The notes: generated by a model from the letters alone, not told the origin. A stretch of 64,000 nucleotides of DNA from an uncultured Alphaproteobacteria bacterium (GCA_944391705.1 CALXUN010000005.1:19873-83872); one strand, 5' to 3'. Counted from the stretch's first letter, positions 9,117 to 19,862 are shown. Translations and numbers: made by a program.

Positions 9117-9833
9117 ATGAACAAAAAAGAAAGAAACGAACGGACGCTGAACCGGACAGATGCGAAGCCTTGTTTGAGCGACGTGTACAAAAAGCGTACA
9201 CGAGCGAAAAGAAGGCAAGAAGATGTTCGGTTATCCGGTCGTTCTATGGTTGAAATGCTTGGGGTTTTGGCTATCATCGGGGTCTTATCGGTCGGGGCTA
9301 TCTCCGGTTACTCCAGAGCCATGGAAAAATACCGGCTTAACAAAACGATTACCGGATATTCTCAACTTTTAGTCCATTTGTTTGAGTTTAGAAATAATTA
9401 TATACAGCAAGATAATGTTTATCTTGCTTCTTATTTGCAAAAAATGAACTCTGTTCCGGAAGGAATGTATGTAAAAGGTGAATTTTTATTTGATTCTTTG
9501 GGCAGGCGAAATCGTATTTTCACCAGAGAAAAGAGAATTGTTTTTGATTATTTCCTGACTGATGTTTCACAGTCAGGAGAAAATGATATTGAATTTTGCA
9601 GACTTGTTTTTCAAAACCTGATTATACCTTACAGCAATATTATATATTCCGTTTCAATGTATATGCCGCAAAATACATCACCGGCAACAAAATATGGCGA
9701 TGAAAAATGCCGGTCATATTCTTCTCAACAATGCTTACGCAATATGTCGCTTGAGAACATTTATTCTTTTTGCCAAAGCTGTCTTTTGCGTACAAATCAA
9801 GACTCTAATTGTATTCTGGTTATTACTGTTTAA
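9117..9833 (+). CDS. Type IV pilin-like protein with an unusually long basic leader
   Basis: GGAGG-N5-ATG at 9117. A class III signal, G|RSMVEMLGVLAIIGVLSVGAISGYSRAM with Glu at +5, follows a 41-aa leader. The C-terminus is Cys-containing and paralogous to 61416..62069. Confidence 0.7.
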   Translation: MNKKERNERTLNRTDAKPCLSDVYKKRTRAKRRQEDVRLSGRSMVEMLGVLAIIGVLSVGAISGYSRAMEKYRLNKTITGYSQLLVHLFEFRNNYIQQDNVYLASYLQKMNSVPEGMYVKGEFLFDSLGRRNRIFTREKRIVFDYFLTDVSQSGENDIEFCRLVFQNLIIPYSNIIYSVSMYMPQNTSPATKYGDEKCRSYSSQQCLRNMSLENIYSFCQSCLLRTNQDSNCILVITV

Positions 9834-10008
9834 TTTAATCCTGCTTGCTTATTGCATTTTTAACTTGAAAATTTAATCTTTAATGCTAAATTAGCAGGCG
9901 ATTAAAGGTTTTATTTATGCCCGTGCGGGGCTGTCCGCACACCCTTTGCCGACATATTATCTTTTATAAAAACCGGCAAAGGCGCAACTTTTTTGATTGA
10001 AGGAATGA

Positions 10009-11019
<1,011 letters not shown>

Positions 11020-11032
11020 GCTTTAAATTTTT

Positions 11033-11094
11033 CCCCGTCAGGCATCTGCTTTTGTTTTTTTAACATGAGTTTATGCCGACGGGGTGTTTTTTTT
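11033..11094 (+). terminator. Long hairpin plus T8 between gap and pgk
   Basis: CCCCGTCAGGCAT ... ATGCCGACGGGG followed by TGTTTTTTTT. Confidence 0.5.
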
Positions 11095-11113
11095 ATTAGA
11101 GGAAATTTTTAAT

Positions 11114-12325
11114 ATGCAACAATACAGAACGCTTGAAGATTTGAATAATTTAAACGGCAAAGTGGTTATGCTGCGCGCTGACCTGAATGTGCCGATGGAT
11201 GAAAACTTTAATGTTACCAACACAGCCCGAATCGTCCGTACGGTTCCGACTATTAAATATCTGATGGACAAAGGCGCTAAAGTGGTGGTTATTTCCCACT
11301 TCGGTCGTCCTGAAGGCAAAGGCGATATGAAAAACTCTTTAAGCCATGTTGCCCCTGAATTGCAAAAAGCTCTCGGACACAAAGTTGTTTTTGTTGACGA
11401 CTGTATCGGCGAAAAGGTTGAAGCTGCCGTTAAAGCCATGAAAAATGACGAAGTTTTGCTTCTTGAAAATCTGCGCTTTTATGATGAAGAGAAAAAAGGC
11501 AATGCCGAATGGGCCAAAGAACTGGTTAAACCGGCTGATGTTTATGTTTCCGATGCTTTTTCCACCGCTCACCGCGCTCATGCTTCCATGGTGGCTGCCG
11601 CTGAACAAATTCCGTCGGTGATGGGGTTGTTGATGGAAGAAGAAGTTAATGCCCTGACAAAAGGCTTGAACAATCCGGAACGTCCGCTGATGGCCATTGT
11701 CGGCGGTTCAAAAGTTTCCACCAAGTTGGATTTGTTGAACAACCTGGTCAAAAAAGTTAACAAGCTCGTTATTTCCGGCGGCATGGCACATACCTTCCTT
11801 AAGGCTAAAGGTTTTGATGCCATCAATACCAACAATTCTCTGGTTCAAATGGATATGATTGACACGGCCAAAGAAATTCTGGCAACAGCCGAAGCCAATA
11901 ACTGTGAAATTATTTTGCCGGTTGATTTGGTTGCCGCTAAAGAATTTAAACCCAATGCCGAACATATGACGGTTGATTTGGAGCATATTCCGGCGGAAGG
12001 CTGGGAGTTGTTGGATGTCGGTGAAAAAACCATCGCCCAGATTAACGCCAAGCTGGAAGAATGCAAAACGCTGGTTTGGAACGGTCCGTTGGGCGTGTTT
12101 GAGATGAAGCCGTTTGACAATGCCACCAACAAGGTTGCTCAAAAAGCTGCCGAATTAACCGAAGCCGGAAAACTTACTTCGGTTGCCGGCGGCGGTGATA
12201 CGGTTTCGGCGCTGGCAAATGCCGGGGTTGAAAACAAGTTTAGCTATATTTCAACCGCAGGCGGCGCTTTCCTGGAATGGATGGAAGGCAAAGAACTGCC
12301 CGGCGTTGCCGTTATGAAAAAATAA
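11114..12325 (+). CDS. pgk: Phosphoglycerate kinase
   Basis: ATG at 11114 (MQQYRTLEDL...RADLNVP). The protein shows PGK similarity along its full length. Confidence 0.93.
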   Translation: MQQYRTLEDLNNLNGKVVMLRADLNVPMDENFNVTNTARIVRTVPTIKYLMDKGAKVVVISHFGRPEGKGDMKNSLSHVAPELQKALGHKVVFVDDCIGEKVEAAVKAMKNDEVLLLENLRFYDEEKKGNAEWAKELVKPADVYVSDAFSTAHRAHASMVAAAEQIPSVMGLLMEEEVNALTKGLNNPERPLMAIVGGSKVSTKLDLLNNLVKKVNKLVISGGMAHTFLKAKGFDAINTNNSLVQMDMIDTAKEILATAEANNCEIILPVDLVAAKEFKPNAEHMTVDLEHIPAEGWELLDVGEKTIAQINAKLEECKTLVWNGPLGVFEMKPFDNATNKVAQKAAELTEAGKLTSVAGGGDTVSALANAGVENKFSYISTAGGAFLEWMEGKELPGVAVMKK

Positions 12326-12350
12326 CCGGCTTTTTGGCAGGATTAATGTT

Positions 12351-12380
12351 AAGGGGAGGTTTTTTACCTCCCCTTTCTTA
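12351..12380 (+). terminator. Terminator after pgk
   Basis: Stem AAGGGGAGGT / ACCTCCCCTT followed by a T-rich tail. Confidence 0.6.
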
Positions 12381-12430
12381 CATAATTGAAACAAAAGTTT
12401 TATAATTTTCGTTGCTTTTTCGAATAAGAG

Positions 12431-12459
12431 TTGTAGCATATCCATGTAATATTTAATAT
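12431..12459 (+). promoter_or_regulatory. Candidate sigma70-type promoter for the OMP gene
   Basis: TTGTAG-N17-TAATAT lies about 55 nt upstream of AAAGGAG-ATG. Confidence 0.3.
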
Positions 12460-12512
12460 GCTTTGATGCTTTTTTAGATATTGCTTTTCTCAATCAGATA
12501 AAGGAGTTTATC

Positions 12513-13280
12513 ATGAACTATAAGACTATTTTAATGGCAACCGCTGCCGTACTTTTAAGTTCTCAAGCTATGGCTGCCGACATCACTAATCCGTTTTTCA
12601 CGCCGGCTAAAGGCGAATTTTTATCAAATACCGAAGCCGGTTATTATCGTGAAAAAGGTACCAGCAAAGCTGATGGATATGTTGATGAAGGCTGGGCTGC
12701 CGCAGAAACCCTGGAATACGGCATTACAGACACAATCAGTGTAAATGCGACAATTGCCAACCAGTTTGATACTTCCGGCGAATATAATAATGACCATAAC
12801 TTTATGTACAGAATCGGTGCTAAATACAACACCCGCTTCAACAGTGTTTTATTCCAGGCTTCCGTTGATTACATGACCTATGATGAACAAGATTTCATCG
12901 GTGGTGAAGGCGACGGTACATGGTATAAAGAATTGGGTGCTGAACTGAAGGTTGGCTATGAGCTTGATTGCGGATTAACTCCTTATGCTTCTTATGCCGT
13001 CCGCGGCAACATTGATGACGGCGACCGTGAATTGGAACAATCGGTTAAAGCCGCCGTTTACAAGAACTTCGGCGCTTATGCCCTTGACCTTGGTTTAAGA
13101 TATGACTTCAATACCGACGGCGACAACACCAACAATTTGTGGGCTGAAGCCGCTGCCGACTATTATGTAACCGATAATGTGGCGGTCGGCTTGTTCGGTG
13201 CTTACCGGATTGACGGTTCAGGTGATAAATACATTGATTACAGCTACAATGCCGGCGTCCGCGTCAAAGTATTGTTCTAG
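12513..13280 (+). CDS. Outer-membrane beta-barrel protein (porin/OMP-like)
   Basis: Signal peptide ending AMA|AD, alternating beta-strand pattern and C-terminal ...VRVKVLF. Confidence 0.7.
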   Translation: MNYKTILMATAAVLLSSQAMAADITNPFFTPAKGEFLSNTEAGYYREKGTSKADGYVDEGWAAAETLEYGITDTISVNATIANQFDTSGEYNNDHNFMYRIGAKYNTRFNSVLFQASVDYMTYDEQDFIGGEGDGTWYKELGAELKVGYELDCGLTPYASYAVRGNIDDGDRELEQSVKAAVYKNFGAYALDLGLRYDFNTDGDNTNNLWAEAAADYYVTDNVAVGLFGAYRIDGSGDKYIDYSYNAGVRVKVLF

Positions 13281-13302
13281 TCATCGATTTTATAAAATTG
13301 AA

Positions 13303-13330
13303 GGGAGCTTGAAACAAGCTCCCTTTTTGT
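13303..13330 (+). terminator. Terminator after the OMP gene
   Basis: Stem GGGAGCTT / AAGCTCCC followed by T5. Confidence 0.65.
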
Positions 13331-13345
13331 GGATTTAATGCCACA

Positions 13346-14043
13346 TTATCGTTTACGAGCAATACAAAAAATATTTTTTCCGCATATCTTTCCAAACGTT
13401 AAAATATCTGTCAGACGGCTTAGCGGAAAAATAATTCTGTCAAAGAAAACCAACGCCCGAGGATTGATTTTTCCACCTTTATCACCAATCAATTTATAGA
13501 GCAAAGTCACCCAAAAACCGGCAAAATCGACATAGCGGCATTGTTCTATGACAAAACCTGACTGCAGTAATAACGACATAAGCCGAGGACGAGTGTATCT
13601 CCGATAATGACCGACTTTTTTATCCATGGACGAATAAAGACATTGAAAAGCCGGAAGATAAAGCAGCAACACACCATCGGCGTTTAATTTATCATTTAAA
13701 ATTTTGAGAATTAAAGCATCTTCTTTGATATGTTCCAAAACATTATACGAATATATTAAATCTGCCGTTCGGTCAAAATCACCAATATCCGTATAGAGTT
13801 TTAATTTATCATTGTTTTGATAAAATTTTTGCAAGTTGTCTGCTTTTTCTATGCAACAAATTCTTTCCCCCCCCCTAGATTTTCGGCAATTTCCGCAGCA
13901 AACAGACCTGTTCCGGCGCCAAAATCCATAATTTTTTCGGCTTTATTTTTCCTAATTTCCTTCAATGCCAGATTAAGCAAAAACCGGTTGTAGTTTTTTG
14001 CAAGTTTCATTGTTTGTAAATTATCTTCACCTGAATAATTCAT
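13346..14043 (-). pseudogene. Class I SAM-dependent methyltransferase split at a G9 homopolymer (frameshifted or phase-variable)
   Basis: ORF 13849..14043 carries motif I (IMDFGAGTG). ORF 13346..13834 carries the rest (YSYNVLEHI...DGVLLLYLP). The C9 run on the + strand at 13867-13875 is G9 on the coding strand. One extra G fuses the two ORFs in frame. Confidence 0.75.
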
Positions 14044-14064
14044 TTGTTATCTATACCTCGAATA

Positions 14065-14979
14065 TTATATTTTATACCTCAAATACGCCTGGCGGCGGGC
14101 TTCATGACGCGAATTTGAAACACTGTCCAAAACAAAACCAACCAATAAAAAGATAAAAGCACAAATCATAATACCGGTAATTAAAATCGCGGTCGGAAAC
14201 CTTGGAACTAAGCCGCTGTGAGCATATTCAACCAACAATGGTATTGATAAAACAACGCCGAACAAAAACAGTGCTAAAGAAATCAAACTGAAAAACAATA
14301 ACGGACGTTCTTCTTTAACGAGCATCACGATAGTTTTAAGAATCCGGATTCCGTCGCGGTAAGTTGACAATTTGCTGAACGATCCTGCCGGCCGCGGAAA
14401 ATAATCCGTATCCACTTCTTTTATCCGCATCCGCGAAGAAAGGGCATAAACCGTTAATTCCGTTTCTATTTCAAAGCCTGCCGATTGTGCCGGAAACGTC
14501 TTGACATACCTTTTGGAAAAAACTCTAAAACCGGAGAGCATATCTTCCAGCTTATGACGGAAAAACGTTTGCACCAAACGCGTCAACAACACGTTTCCCC
14601 ACCGATGACCAACACGATAACACGCCAAATCTACTTCTTTACGCGCACCAATGACCATATCGTACTGACCATCTTTTAAGGTTTTTATCAAATCCGGCGT
14701 ACGCTTGATGTCATAAGTTTCATCACCGTCGGACATTACATAAATATCCGCATCAATATCCGCAAACATACGCCTGACAACATTTCCCTTGCCTTGAAAA
14801 GGCTCTTGGCGGACAATAGCGCCGGCTTTGCGGGCAATCTCAGCTGTATTATCGGTTGAGTTGTTGTCATAAACATAAATATCTGCCTGTGGAAGATATT
14901 TTTTGAAATCTTTAACGACCTTCTTAATTGCTTTGGCTTCATTATAACAAGGCAGTAATACGACTATTTTTTCGTCCAT
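14065..14979 (-). CDS. GT2 polyprenyl-phosphate glycosyltransferase (GtrB/ArnC/DPM1-like)
   Basis: The N-terminal GT-A domain has LLPCYNEA, YDNNSTDNT and SDGDETY motifs. Two C-terminal TM helices follow. Confidence 0.8.
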   Translation of the reverse strand: MDEKIVVLLPCYNEAKAIKKVVKDFKKYLPQADIYVYDNNSTDNTAEIARKAGAIVRQEPFQGKGNVVRRMFADIDADIYVMSDGDETYDIKRTPDLIKTLKDGQYDMVIGARKEVDLACYRVGHRWGNVLLTRLVQTFFRHKLEDMLSGFRVFSKRYVKTFPAQSAGFEIETELTVYALSSRMRIKEVDTDYFPRPAGSFSKLSTYRDGIRILKTIVMLVKEERPLLFFSLISLALFLFGVVLSIPLLVEYAHSGLVPRFPTAILITGIMICAFIFLLVGFVLDSVSNSRHEARRQAYLRYKI

Positions 14980-14981
14980 GA

Positions 14982-16739
14982 TTATTCTCCCAAAATTTGT
15001 TTTTTCAATTCAAGCGGTACACAAATTTTCCATGACTTTCGAAGATTATTTTTAAGCGGACGACAAAAATATCCGTCACTTAACTCCCGGCTCAAGGCTA
15101 CTTCCAAGCGTGTCCAGGTCGGACAATGACCGGCCGCACAATTCCAAGATGCCGGCAGGGTACCTGCCTGACGAAAGTCCTCACATTTTGCACGGATTGA
15201 TGCATACTCTTCAAAATTTTTTAAATTATTTCCTATACCGTCATCATAAACAATTACAACCGGACCAGTATGATTTTTAACAATATCATCACGAATTTGA
15301 CAGAATTTTCCTCTTTCCACAAAATCCGAACCTTTCATCGGCCGGCAGTTAAAATGTTCATATCCGACTGCTCGAAATATATTATTTTCTGCTAATGGTA
15401 CAATAAGTCCGGCAGTCGGATAATTATATAATTTTAACAACGTATTTGGCGGAAATCTTATATCTTCAACATCTACAAACTTATTTTCATCCTGCAACGT
15501 ATTCCACCCTTTTGATCTCCATGCAACAGATATTAGAAACAAAGCTGTCAGCACCATAAAAGAAATATAAAAGCCCTGACTGATTGCTCTTTTGGGGAAT
15601 AAACGCCGTACCAAGATAATAATCAGCAAGGCGCCAAGCATTTCAATCACAACAGCATATCTTAATATGGAAAACAGCAGCATCCAAATTATAAAACTTA
15701 TAAAGATATAAATATATAAAGAAGATAAAAGATGATTATTTTTATATATATCTGTTACTTTATGCCGGTATAGACAATATATCAAAATTCCCCATAGTAT
15801 GGAATAAATCAAAGTTAAACGAATATCCGCATAATCAACTTCAGATATTATCTGATTGTGTAAATACCACAAATAAGGATAGAATAAAAATTTCTGCCAA
15901 TCAGGTAAAAAGCGTTCATCCCGATAATTAAACTTGTCAAAATATTCTGATCCGAACACATTATTTAAAAATGGGAAAACGGGATTATCATACAAAATTC
16001 ACATTTTCCACATCCACCAGCCGTTTATAAGTAAAAAGCCGATTAAGCCGCCCAAAGCAAAAATGATTATTGATTTATACGGCTTTTTCAAATACGGAAG
16101 ACAACATATGAGCATTAATCCGGCACTTATGCAATAAACCACAACAGTTTGCTTTAAGCCTAAGGCAACACCCATTATCAGACCGGCATAAAAAAATTTT
16201 TTAAGGCTTTGCGAATCCGGAAATTTTATCATTTTTAGAAGCAGGTAAAGTCCCCACAGTATCAAGAATGCCATGGGAATTTCATTTGTCGAACTGCCGA
16301 TTTGAAAAAATGTTGCCTGCCCGCTGACAGCAATCACCAAAGTCAAAACCACCCAAACATAATTTTTGATTTGAGTTACATCAAAAAACAACCGGCAGAT
16401 TTGGTAAAATACAAATATCAGCAACCCTGCCCACACACCCTGTAAAGCAAAAATCAGCGGCAAATTCTCATTAAAATGAGAAATAAAAAAATAAAGAGGC
16501 AACTCAATCAAGGGATTAAAAAATGTATTGATTGAAGCCGGAACAATATCATAATTCAAACGGTCGTTTAGAAATGCGAAGGCATTATAATAATGATAAT
16601 TAGCAAAATCCCAACGAAAATCATTACATAAAGATACGCTTAAAATGATGCCGACTGCAAGTAATATCAGAAAGATGGCCACATTACCAAAAAAGCAAAG
16701 CTTACAAGCCCCTGTTTTGTTACCTGAACTTTTCGGCAT
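14982..16739 (-). pseudogene. Polytopic GT-C-like membrane glycosyltransferase candidate interrupted by one in-frame TGA
   Basis: ORFs 15999..16739 and 14982..15995 are in the same frame (1758 nt). They are separated only by TGA at 15999-16001 plus one codon (...WMWKM*ILYDNPVFPF...). There are many TM helices and an early loop RWDFANYHYYNAFAFL. Confidence 0.55.
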
Positions 16740-17745
16740 GGACGACTCCGCCGTTTTTGATTAAATTAGCCTGACCGCGCTCCAATTTAATCGGCGAATC
16801 CGCCCCCAGATTGCGTTCATAAATTTCTCCCATATTGCCCAAATCGCCAACGGCCTGGCGTACCCATTGCGGCCGCAAACCCAAAGACAGCCACAACAAA
16901 TCATCATCACCAAGCAAATTCCGGGTTGAGATATCTTCATTGCCGATTAAAATGGAAATATTCTTTTGATTAATTCCTAAATCTTCAGCCAGATATAAGG
17001 CATTTAACGCCCATTTTAAGGCCACCCGCAAGCGGTTGTTTTGCTGGCTGACAAATGCATAAACCGGTTTATAGGCAAATTCTTCAGGCAGGATTTCCAC
17101 ACCTGCGGCCGGGCTGTCCATCAGCATCCCTTCCAAAAGCATTCCCCGGCTGGTAATTAAGTCACAGCGTTTCAAGAAAAAGGCTTTTCTTGCTTTGCCC
17201 GGAGAATTAAACGGTAGAATTTTTAAATCCAGCTTATATTTCAAATTATATTCTTTCAAATTTTCGAGATAATCGGAATCGGTCGAAACACAAACCCTTT
17301 TGCCTTTGAAAGCCTCCATCGATTTGGCATCATCCGGGGCATCTTTGGCTGCAAACTTCTGGCGGTCGTAATACAAAAGCCCGATGGCTTCGGCCTGCTG
17401 TTTGCCTTCAAAACCGGCGGAAAACACACCGCCGCTTAGCATAACGTCAATCAGCCCGCCTTTTAAATAGCGGCCGACATCATACGGACGGACATCCACC
17501 ATTTCAAAGCGGCTACCGTCTCCGTATATTGCCCAGGCAAACGCCCGGCAGATATCGGCATCAAAACCTTTCCATTCACCGTCTTGTTTATATGCAAACG
17601 ATTTGACGCTTAAATCGCTGCCGCAACGGATGACTTCGGTGTTTAAAATCGGCTCTAAGCGGACATCTATGGCTTTTGCCGTCGAAATGACCATGACCGA
17701 AAGAATTATTGCAAAGCTGAATTTTAATTTCATTTTATTAACCAT
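16720..17745 (-). CDS. Family-3 amino-acid ABC substrate-binding protein (AapJ/GltI-like), orphan
   Basis: A signal peptide is followed by a periplasmic binding-protein pattern. No cognate permease or ATPase gene is adjacent. The 3' end overlaps the GT-C start by 20 nt. Confidence 0.65.
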   Translation of the reverse strand: MVNKMKLKFSFAIILSVMVISTAKAIDVRLEPILNTEVIRCGSDLSVKSFAYKQDGEWKGFDADICRAFAWAIYGDGSRFEMVDVRPYDVGRYLKGGLIDVMLSGGVFSAGFEGKQQAEAIGLLYYDRQKFAAKDAPDDAKSMEAFKGKRVCVSTDSDYLENLKEYNLKYKLDLKILPFNSPGKARKAFFLKRCDLITSRGMLLEGMLMDSPAAGVEILPEEFAYKPVYAFVSQQNNRLRVALKWALNALYLAEDLGINQKNISILIGNEDISTRNLLGDDDLLWLSLGLRPQWVRQAVGDLGNMGEIYERNLGADSPIKLERGQANLIKNGGVVHAEKFR

Positions 17746-17793
17746 TACATGTTATAAGTAAAATTATCTGTTTTGTATGTTAAGGCATTTTTC

Positions 17794-18453
17794 ATGAAAA
17801 GTAAGATTTTTTTACAACTTATCACAGCCGTTTTTATGTTTTGGTATTTTTCAGACCATGCAAAAGCGGCGCCGGTACCGGAGCAGGAAGCCGTTTACTG
17901 GGCCAACGCTACCGGTTATAAACTGCTTGAAGCGCTCGGAAACCCGGATTTGGAACAAAAATATGCCACTTTGGATGCCATGTTTGAAAATGATGTCGAC
18001 ACCGGGTATCTGGCACGGTTTGTCATCGGTAAATACTGGAAAACGATGGATGCCGCACAAAAAGAACAATACCTCGGGCTTTTTAAACGTTATGTTTTAA
18101 GCCTTTATAAAAATTACCCGTTGAATTTTAAGACCGACGGCATTGATTTTACCATCACCGCTGCCAAGATAAACGGTAATTACACCGACATTTTCTGCCA
18201 TGTCAAACTGCCGGAAGAAATGTCTTCGGAAAACTTAAATTCTATCGGTTTGGAATTCAAGGTAACAAAAAATCAGGGAAAAATCAAAATCGTTGACTTA
18301 AAAATCGGTGAAAGCAGTCTGCTGTTGACCTACCGAAACCGTTTTTATACCATGATTAAAGATGTCGATGAGGAGATGGACTGGTTTTTGGAAGATTTGG
18401 AAACCCTTACCATATCCAATGAAAAAAATGCCGCAGAAAGCCTTTTGCGTTAA
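17794..18453 (+). CDS. mlaC: MlaC/Ttg2D-family periplasmic lipid-binding protein
   Basis: ATG at 17794, a signal peptide, and FENDVDTGYLARFVIGKYW, which is typical of the toluene-tolerance Ttg2D family. Confidence 0.7.
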   Translation: MKSKIFLQLITAVFMFWYFSDHAKAAPVPEQEAVYWANATGYKLLEALGNPDLEQKYATLDAMFENDVDTGYLARFVIGKYWKTMDAAQKEQYLGLFKRYVLSLYKNYPLNFKTDGIDFTITAAKINGNYTDIFCHVKLPEEMSSENLNSIGLEFKVTKNQGKIKIVDLKIGESSLLLTYRNRFYTMIKDVDEEMDWFLEDLETLTISNEKNAAESLLR

Positions 18454-18529
18454 TAATTAATTTTTAGTTGAATTTATGTTGCAAGCTTTATAATATGTAA
18501 GCCGGTTTTTAAAATGGAAGATATGGTTT

Positions 18530-19852
18530 ATGAGCAACATTAAAGTCAGATTTGCCCCGAGCCCGACCGGGCATATGCATATCGGCAACACGCGCACGGC
18601 TTTGTTTAACTGGCTGTGGGCAAAAAAAATGGGCGGAAGCTTTATGCTCCGCATTGATGATACCGACTTTTTACGCTCTAAAAAAGAATATGAAGATTCT
18701 TTACGTGAGAGCTTAAAATGGCTTGGCTTAACCTGGAGCGAAGAAGCTCGTCAGTCTGCCCGTTTTGAGCGCTATAACGAAGTGGTCGAGCAGCTTAAGC
18801 AACAAGGGCGGATTTATGCCTGTTATGAAACGCCCGAAGAGCTTGAATTTAAACGTAAACGTGCTTTTGCCAAAGGCTTACCCCCGATTTATGATCGTCA
18901 GGCCTTAAATTATTCCAAAGAAGACATTGCCGCATTTATCGCCGAAGGACGCAATCCGCATTACCGCTTTAAACTGCTGCCCGGGGAAATCAGCTGGAAT
19001 GACGTGGTGCGCGGTCCGGTTAAATATGAAGCCGAAAATTTAAGCGACCCGATTGTCATCCGCGAAGACGGCAGCTTTCTTTACCACCTGCCGTCGGTGA
19101 TTGATGATTGCGATTTCGGCATTACCCACATTGTCCGCGGTGAAGACCATGTTACCAACACCGCCTCGCAAATCCAGATGTTTGAAGCCATCGGCGGACA
19201 GGTGCCGACATTTGCCCATTTACCGCTTTTAACCGGTAAAGAAGGAAAACTTTCCAAACGACTGGGAAGCTTAGGCGTACGCGAATTGCGCGCCGAAGGG
19301 GTTGAAAACATGGCCATCTGCTCATTTTTGGCCAAACTCGGCACATCCGAAGCCATTGAGCCCTTTTATAATCTGGAAGAACTGGCACAATCACTTGATT
19401 TTTCTACAATCGGGCGCGCTCAGCCAAAGTTTGACGAAGAGGAGCTGAAACATTTTAACTTAAAATATATTCATAATCTTCCTTATGAAAATGTCCGCGA
19501 CCGTATCAGCGGCAATGAAGAATTCTGGCTTAAAATCCGTCATAACCTGACAACGGTTGCCGACGCCGAAATCTGGAATGATATCTGTAACGGCGAAATC
19601 ATGCCGGTTATGGAAGATAATACTTTAACCGATGCCGCGGCCGAGATTTTGCCACCGGAACCCTGGAATGAGGAAACTTTTAATGCCTGGATTAACGGTA
19701 TTAAGGCTCATACCGGCAAAAAAGGGCGCGATTTATTCCACCCTTTGCGTAAAGCCTTAACTGGTCTTGATGACGGGCCGGAATTAAAAGCTTTGCTTCC
19801 GCTTATCGGTTATCAAAAAACCTTAAAACGCCTCAATGGCCAAAAAGCTTAA
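18530..19852 (+). CDS. gltX: Glutamyl-tRNA synthetase
   Basis: HIGH-type motif PSPTGHMHIGN and KMSKS-type motif KLSKR. Confidence 0.92.
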   Translation: MSNIKVRFAPSPTGHMHIGNTRTALFNWLWAKKMGGSFMLRIDDTDFLRSKKEYEDSLRESLKWLGLTWSEEARQSARFERYNEVVEQLKQQGRIYACYETPEELEFKRKRAFAKGLPPIYDRQALNYSKEDIAAFIAEGRNPHYRFKLLPGEISWNDVVRGPVKYEAENLSDPIVIREDGSFLYHLPSVIDDCDFGITHIVRGEDHVTNTASQIQMFEAIGGQVPTFAHLPLLTGKEGKLSKRLGSLGVRELRAEGVENMAICSFLAKLGTSEAIEPFYNLEELAQSLDFSTIGRAQPKFDEEELKHFNLKYIHNLPYENVRDRISGNEEFWLKIRHNLTTVADAEIWNDICNGEIMPVMEDNTLTDAAAEILPPEPWNEETFNAWINGIKAHTGKKGRDLFHPLRKALTGLDDGPELKALLPLIGYQKTLKRLNGQKA

Positions 19853-19862
19853 AGGAAAAGCC

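Noticed and set aside
8796-9218. ORFs 8796..9038(+) and 8943..9218(-) in the recG-pilin spacer.
   Set aside because: They run through the structured repeat, the duplicated promoter block and the pilin leader. They have no RBS and are most likely non-coding.
12251-12493. An 80-aa minus-strand ORF spanning the pgk terminator and the OMP promoter region.
   Set aside because: It overlaps the pgk 3' end, a terminator hairpin and a likely promoter, so it is spurious.
15996-16001. The in-frame TGA in the GT-C gene read as Trp recoding (code 4) or selenocysteine.
   Set aside because: TGA terminates other well-defined genes in this window, including mlaE, mraZ and ftsL. No SECIS-like hairpin follows the codon. 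A nonsense mutation is the simpler reading.
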